Of a stretch of DNA of 64,000 nucleotides, positions 61,498 through 64,000 are shown piece by piece. Location: NCBI GenBank assembly GCA_012813795.1, contig GCA_012813795.1_4087.1, one strand, 5' to 3'. Origin of the DNA: a phage. Every line of letters begins with the position of its first letter. The stretch's first letter is position 1. Position numbers and translations under genes: made by a program. The notes beneath the pieces were generated by a model, which searched no databases, was not told the DNA's origin, and worked only from the letters and a program-made list of their open reading frames with translations.

Positions 61498-61900
61498 TTA
61501 CGTAATCCTCATACTGTTCGTATACACGCATTATACTCTGATATGTCACAAAGTCAATACCAAAGGTATCATCAATGAACTGATATTGCATAAACTCTTC
61601 CTCGGTAGCACCAATAGGAAGTGTGCCGTTTCGTTGATCGTTTGATTGAACATCTTCAATGTACATCAAACCTATACTTTCATCTAAAGTGATATCTATC
61701 ATAAAAACATCTTCACTATAAAACATGTTATATGAACGGATGAAAAGATTACCAGTTCTATCAAAACTTGATACATGTGTTTCAACGTAGGTTCTATCTA
61801 AACTAAAGAATAAACCAGTACCATCGGGTTTTCGTTGGTCTTTCAATTTAATTTCGATAGCATCAAATATCGGTTTAATATTAAACTTTTTCATAAGCAA
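61484..61900 (-). CDS. hypothetical protein, tandem paralog B
   Basis: 138 aa; C-terminal half (QYQFIDDTFGIDFVTYQSIMRVYEQYE) parallels paralog A. Confidence 0.45.
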   Translation of the reverse strand: MLMKKFNIKPIFDAIEIKLKDQRKPDGTGLFFSLDRTYVETHVSSFDRTGNLFIRSYNMFYSEDVFMIDITLDESIGLMYIEDVQSNDQRNGTLPIGATEEEFMQYQFIDDTFGIDFVTYQSIMRVYEQYEDYVIGRY

Positions 61901-62076
61901 ATCACATACTTATTACTATGTGGATCGTAACAGTAAGAGTCGTTCACCTTAATGCCAGGTTTGAGTTCCAGGGTTGTACCCATTTCAGTACTGGGTTCTG
62001 CATCACAATAAATCATCACACCAATGCCACCGAGTAAGGCTATGATACATATAACTGCACCTATTGTATATTCCAT
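61891..62076 (-). CDS. small predicted membrane protein
   Basis: ORF track start 62079 is GTG; ATG at 62076 has an AGAGGT RBS. One hydrophobic segment (AVICIIALLGGIGVMIY). Confidence 0.4.
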   Translation of the reverse strand: MEYTIGAVICIIALLGGIGVMIYCDAEPSTEMGTTLELKPGIKVNDSYCYDPHSNKYVICL

Positions 62077-62093
62077 CACTATACCTCTGTTAT

Positions 62094-62179
62094 AAAAAGT
62101 AATTATACATTTTATTGTACAATATAAAAAGGTCTTAAAAAGTAATTATACATTTTATTGTACAATATAAAAAGGTCTT
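62094..62179. repeat. perfect 43-bp tandem direct repeat, two copies
   Basis: AAAAAGTAATTATACATTTTATTGTACAATATAAAAAGGTCTT at 62094-62136 and again at 62137-62179; spans the 3-prime end of ORF 62112-62525 and the region upstream of the small membrane protein gene. Confidence 0.9.
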
Positions 62180-62525
62180 TCACATTATCATAAGTAATGT
62201 TAGATAGATCATAAATCAATGATAACTGAAAAAATGAAGCTTCGTCTATATCTACTGGGATTATAACATCATCATCTTCTGCCATTTTATTATCGTAGTA
62301 TTTTATGTGGTCTTCATTAAACTCAATAGAGATTGATACTGCGTTGGATTTCATATCTTCAATTAATCCAATCAAATTAGATTTATCATTAATAAAAAAT
62401 CCAATTCCAACCCTACGGTCATCTGGATATGGATAGTACCATCTATTAAATACTAGACTATCTGGTAAATCAACATCATGTGTTGATACGAGAGATTTTA
62501 CAATTTCCATCCAAGCATAATTCAT
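62112..62525 (-). CDS. hypothetical acidic protein
   Basis: 137 aa; 3-prime end overlaps the 43-bp tandem repeat; RBS GGAG. Confidence 0.45.
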   Translation of the reverse strand: MNYAWMEIVKSLVSTHDVDLPDSLVFNRWYYPYPDDRRVGIGFFINDKSNLIGLIEDMKSNAVSISIEFNEDHIKYYDNKMAEDDDVIIPVDIDEASFFQLSLIYDLSNITYDNVKDLFILYNKMYNYFLRPFYIVQ

Positions 62526-62540
62526 AATTAAAACTCCATA

Positions 62541-62567
62541 AGAAAAGGGACAGAAATAATCTGTCCC
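62541..62567 (-). terminator. hairpin terminator after hpf
   Basis: GGGACAG-AAATAAT-CTGTCCC followed by TTTTCT on the minus strand. Confidence 0.55.
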
Positions 62568-62576
62568 TTTGTTATA

Positions 62577-62909
62577 TTACTCTTCTTCGTCAGTTACATC
62601 AACTACAACTGGACGGTCTGGATGGTTTCGGTGGTGCAATTTAATGCTTTTGTCTTTACTGAATACAGTTTCCATTTTTTCGAATGAATCGACAATCGCC
62701 TTGTATAAATCTGCATCATCGGCAGTAACAGACTTACCACCTGATGTTAAAGTTACTGCGTACTGTGTCTTATGCTCTTTTTTCACATGAACACCAATAT
62801 TCAGTACTGAAGAATCACTAAATTTATTTAGAGTGTTTGCTTCTTGATGAATTGCGTCATGGATTGCTGGAGTAATATCAACATTACCTTGAATAACTAG
62901 ATTTAGCAT
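62577..62909 (-). CDS. hpf: ribosome hibernation promoting factor / RaiA-family homolog
   Basis: 110 aa; LNLVIQGNVDITPAI...VHVKKE...VTLTSGGKSVTADDADLYKAIDSF...KLHH follows the HPF/YfiA pattern as recalled from E. coli HPF; followed by a hairpin terminator. Confidence 0.75.
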   Translation of the reverse strand: MLNLVIQGNVDITPAIHDAIHQEANTLNKFSDSSVLNIGVHVKKEHKTQYAVTLTSGGKSVTADDADLYKAIVDSFEKMETVFSKDKSIKLHHRNHPDRPVVVDVTDEEE

Positions 62910-62923
62910 ACTTCACCTTCCTT

Positions 62924-63853
62924 TTATATTGAGCTTAACAAAGTATCCGCTCTGTTTGTTACTTGCCTATACCATAAGGAATTTTTGATTTCTCTTTTAA
63001 ACTTCTTATGATTTTCAGCTTCAGCACTTCTCCATAGTTTATTAAATGAGGCCAACTTATCAACACCCATCGTGTAAGCCATGTCAAAGAGAATACGTTG
63101 TTGGTCTTTTGTAAGATTTACTGCATTTTTTTTCTTCATTAGAGTTGTAAAGTCATTATATGTCCTTTTCAAATCTTGAAGTAATAGTTTATGTGCTTGT
63201 GCTTTGGTAATACCGTTTCTGTACTTAATTGCATCAGATTCACGTGGACCGAGGTAGTGACCATATGCGATTGTGTAGTTACCTTTCATATCCTTATAAG
63301 GATGAAATTTTGAATTGTAGAAAGGAACTCCAACTTTTCCCCCAAGTAAACGTCTTTTGTTCTTGGACTGAAATTCAATTGAACCTTCAGCTTCTTTGAT
63401 GTGTGCTACTATTTCAGGATCATTATAATCGAAAAGTACTACCACATCAGGTAACAGTACGTCTTTCAAATCCTCTTTTGTTGGGATAAAGATACCCTGC
63501 GATGTATGAAGTTTAGCATTAAGATTGATATTCTTCAATACTGTAACGTAATCATCTAACAACACATTATGCGGTTTAAACTTCTTAGCTATCGAATGAT
63601 AACTATCACCGTATTCAACAGTATAATGTTTCTCGCTGCCCGGAACTACTTTAGGTGTATACCCTTTGGGTAATTCCTGCTTTTGAATTTGTGTAACTTG
63701 CGGTTTTAAATTGTGCACCTGACTTTCGCCCGATGATGATGCACGACCATGATGAGAAAAACCATAAAAAAATCCAAACGCAGCGATGATAACAAGTGAA
63801 ACTAATAAGCCTATGGCTGTCTTAGTTTTAGGTGTTTGTATCGCTATTGTCAA
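62924..63853 (-). CDS. membrane-anchored LysM + T4-type (GH24) lysozyme (candidate signal-anchor endolysin)
   Basis: 309 aa; N-terminal hydrophobic segment (AIGLLVSLVIIAAFGFFYGF), LysM-like YTVEYGDSYHSIAKKF, C-terminal lysozyme motifs (EAEGS...YKDMKG...YTIAYGH...LWYRQVTNRA). Start is TTG with a GGAGG RBS 5 nt upstream. Confidence 0.7.
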   Translation of the reverse strand: MTIAIQTPKTKTAIGLLVSLVIIAAFGFFYGFSHHGRASSSGESQVHNLKPQVTQIQKQELPKGYTPKVVPGSEKHYTVEYGDSYHSIAKKFKPHNVLLDDYVTVLKNINLNAKLHTSQGIFIPTKEDLKDVLLPDVVVLFDYNDPEIVAHIKEAEGSIEFQSKNKRRLLGGKVGVPFYNSKFHPYKDMKGNYTIAYGHYLGPRESDAIKYRNGITKAQAHKLLLQDLKRTYNDFTTLMKKKNAVNLTKDQQRILFDMAYTMGVDKLASFNKLWRSAEAENHKKFKREIKNSLWYRQVTNRADTLLSSI

Positions 63854-63972
63854 AAACGCCTCCTTTGTTTGCGTGTTATGATGAGCAATTACAAAGAGGG
63901 CTTATGAGGCCATTTGCAAAAGCCTCATCGGACTTTCTACAATACTGAACTGTTCTTACTGAACATTTAAGT

Positions 63973-64000
63973 AGTATAGCATACTTTTTTGTTATATCAA
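63973..64000 (-). promoter_or_regulatory. sigma70-like promoter (TTGATA-N16-TGCTATACT) at window edge
   Basis: Minus strand reads TTGATA, 16-nt spacer, TGCTATACT; upstream of the LysM-lysozyme gene. Confidence 0.45.

Noticed and set aside
62094-62179. The 43-bp direct repeat as a possible CRISPR array
   Set aside because: Only two copies, directly abutting with no spacers, A/T-rich and non-palindromic; no cas genes nearby.

Overview
This window reads as a contiguous piece of a large, AT-rich, virulent contractile-tailed phage (myovirus), called from motif-level reading of the six-frame translations; no searches were run. Positions 1-18438 (+) hold a baseplate module: a gp5/VgrG-like central spike carrying a degenerate M23-like domain and a C-terminal T4-type (GH24) lysozyme, a free lysozyme paralog, gp25-like and gp6-like wedge proteins, and a 3335-aa giant protein. 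A bacterial-type ClpA unfoldase gene (18476-20761, -) with its own sigma70-like promoter sits inside this virion block. Positions 20858-37534 encode fiber-type proteins, including a 1847-aa repetitive long fiber with an internal 495-bp tandem duplication, plus a Nudix hydrolase. Positions 37565-63853 are almost entirely minus-strand: thymidylate synthase, a MoxR-like AAA+ ATPase paired with a vWA/HExxH protein behind tandem consensus promoters, acidic and unknown proteins, tail sheath with three tube-fold paralogs, dNMP kinase, macro-like, glutaredoxin, a second Nudix, CCA-adding enzyme, an AP2-type endonuclease-like gene, a ribosome hibernation factor (HPF) homolog and a membrane-anchored LysM-GH24 lysozyme. 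No tRNA, CRISPR array, integrase or att-like site was seen. The most system-like candidates are the MoxR-AAA/vWA-HExxH operon and the ClpA island; both are inferences that need database and experimental confirmation.
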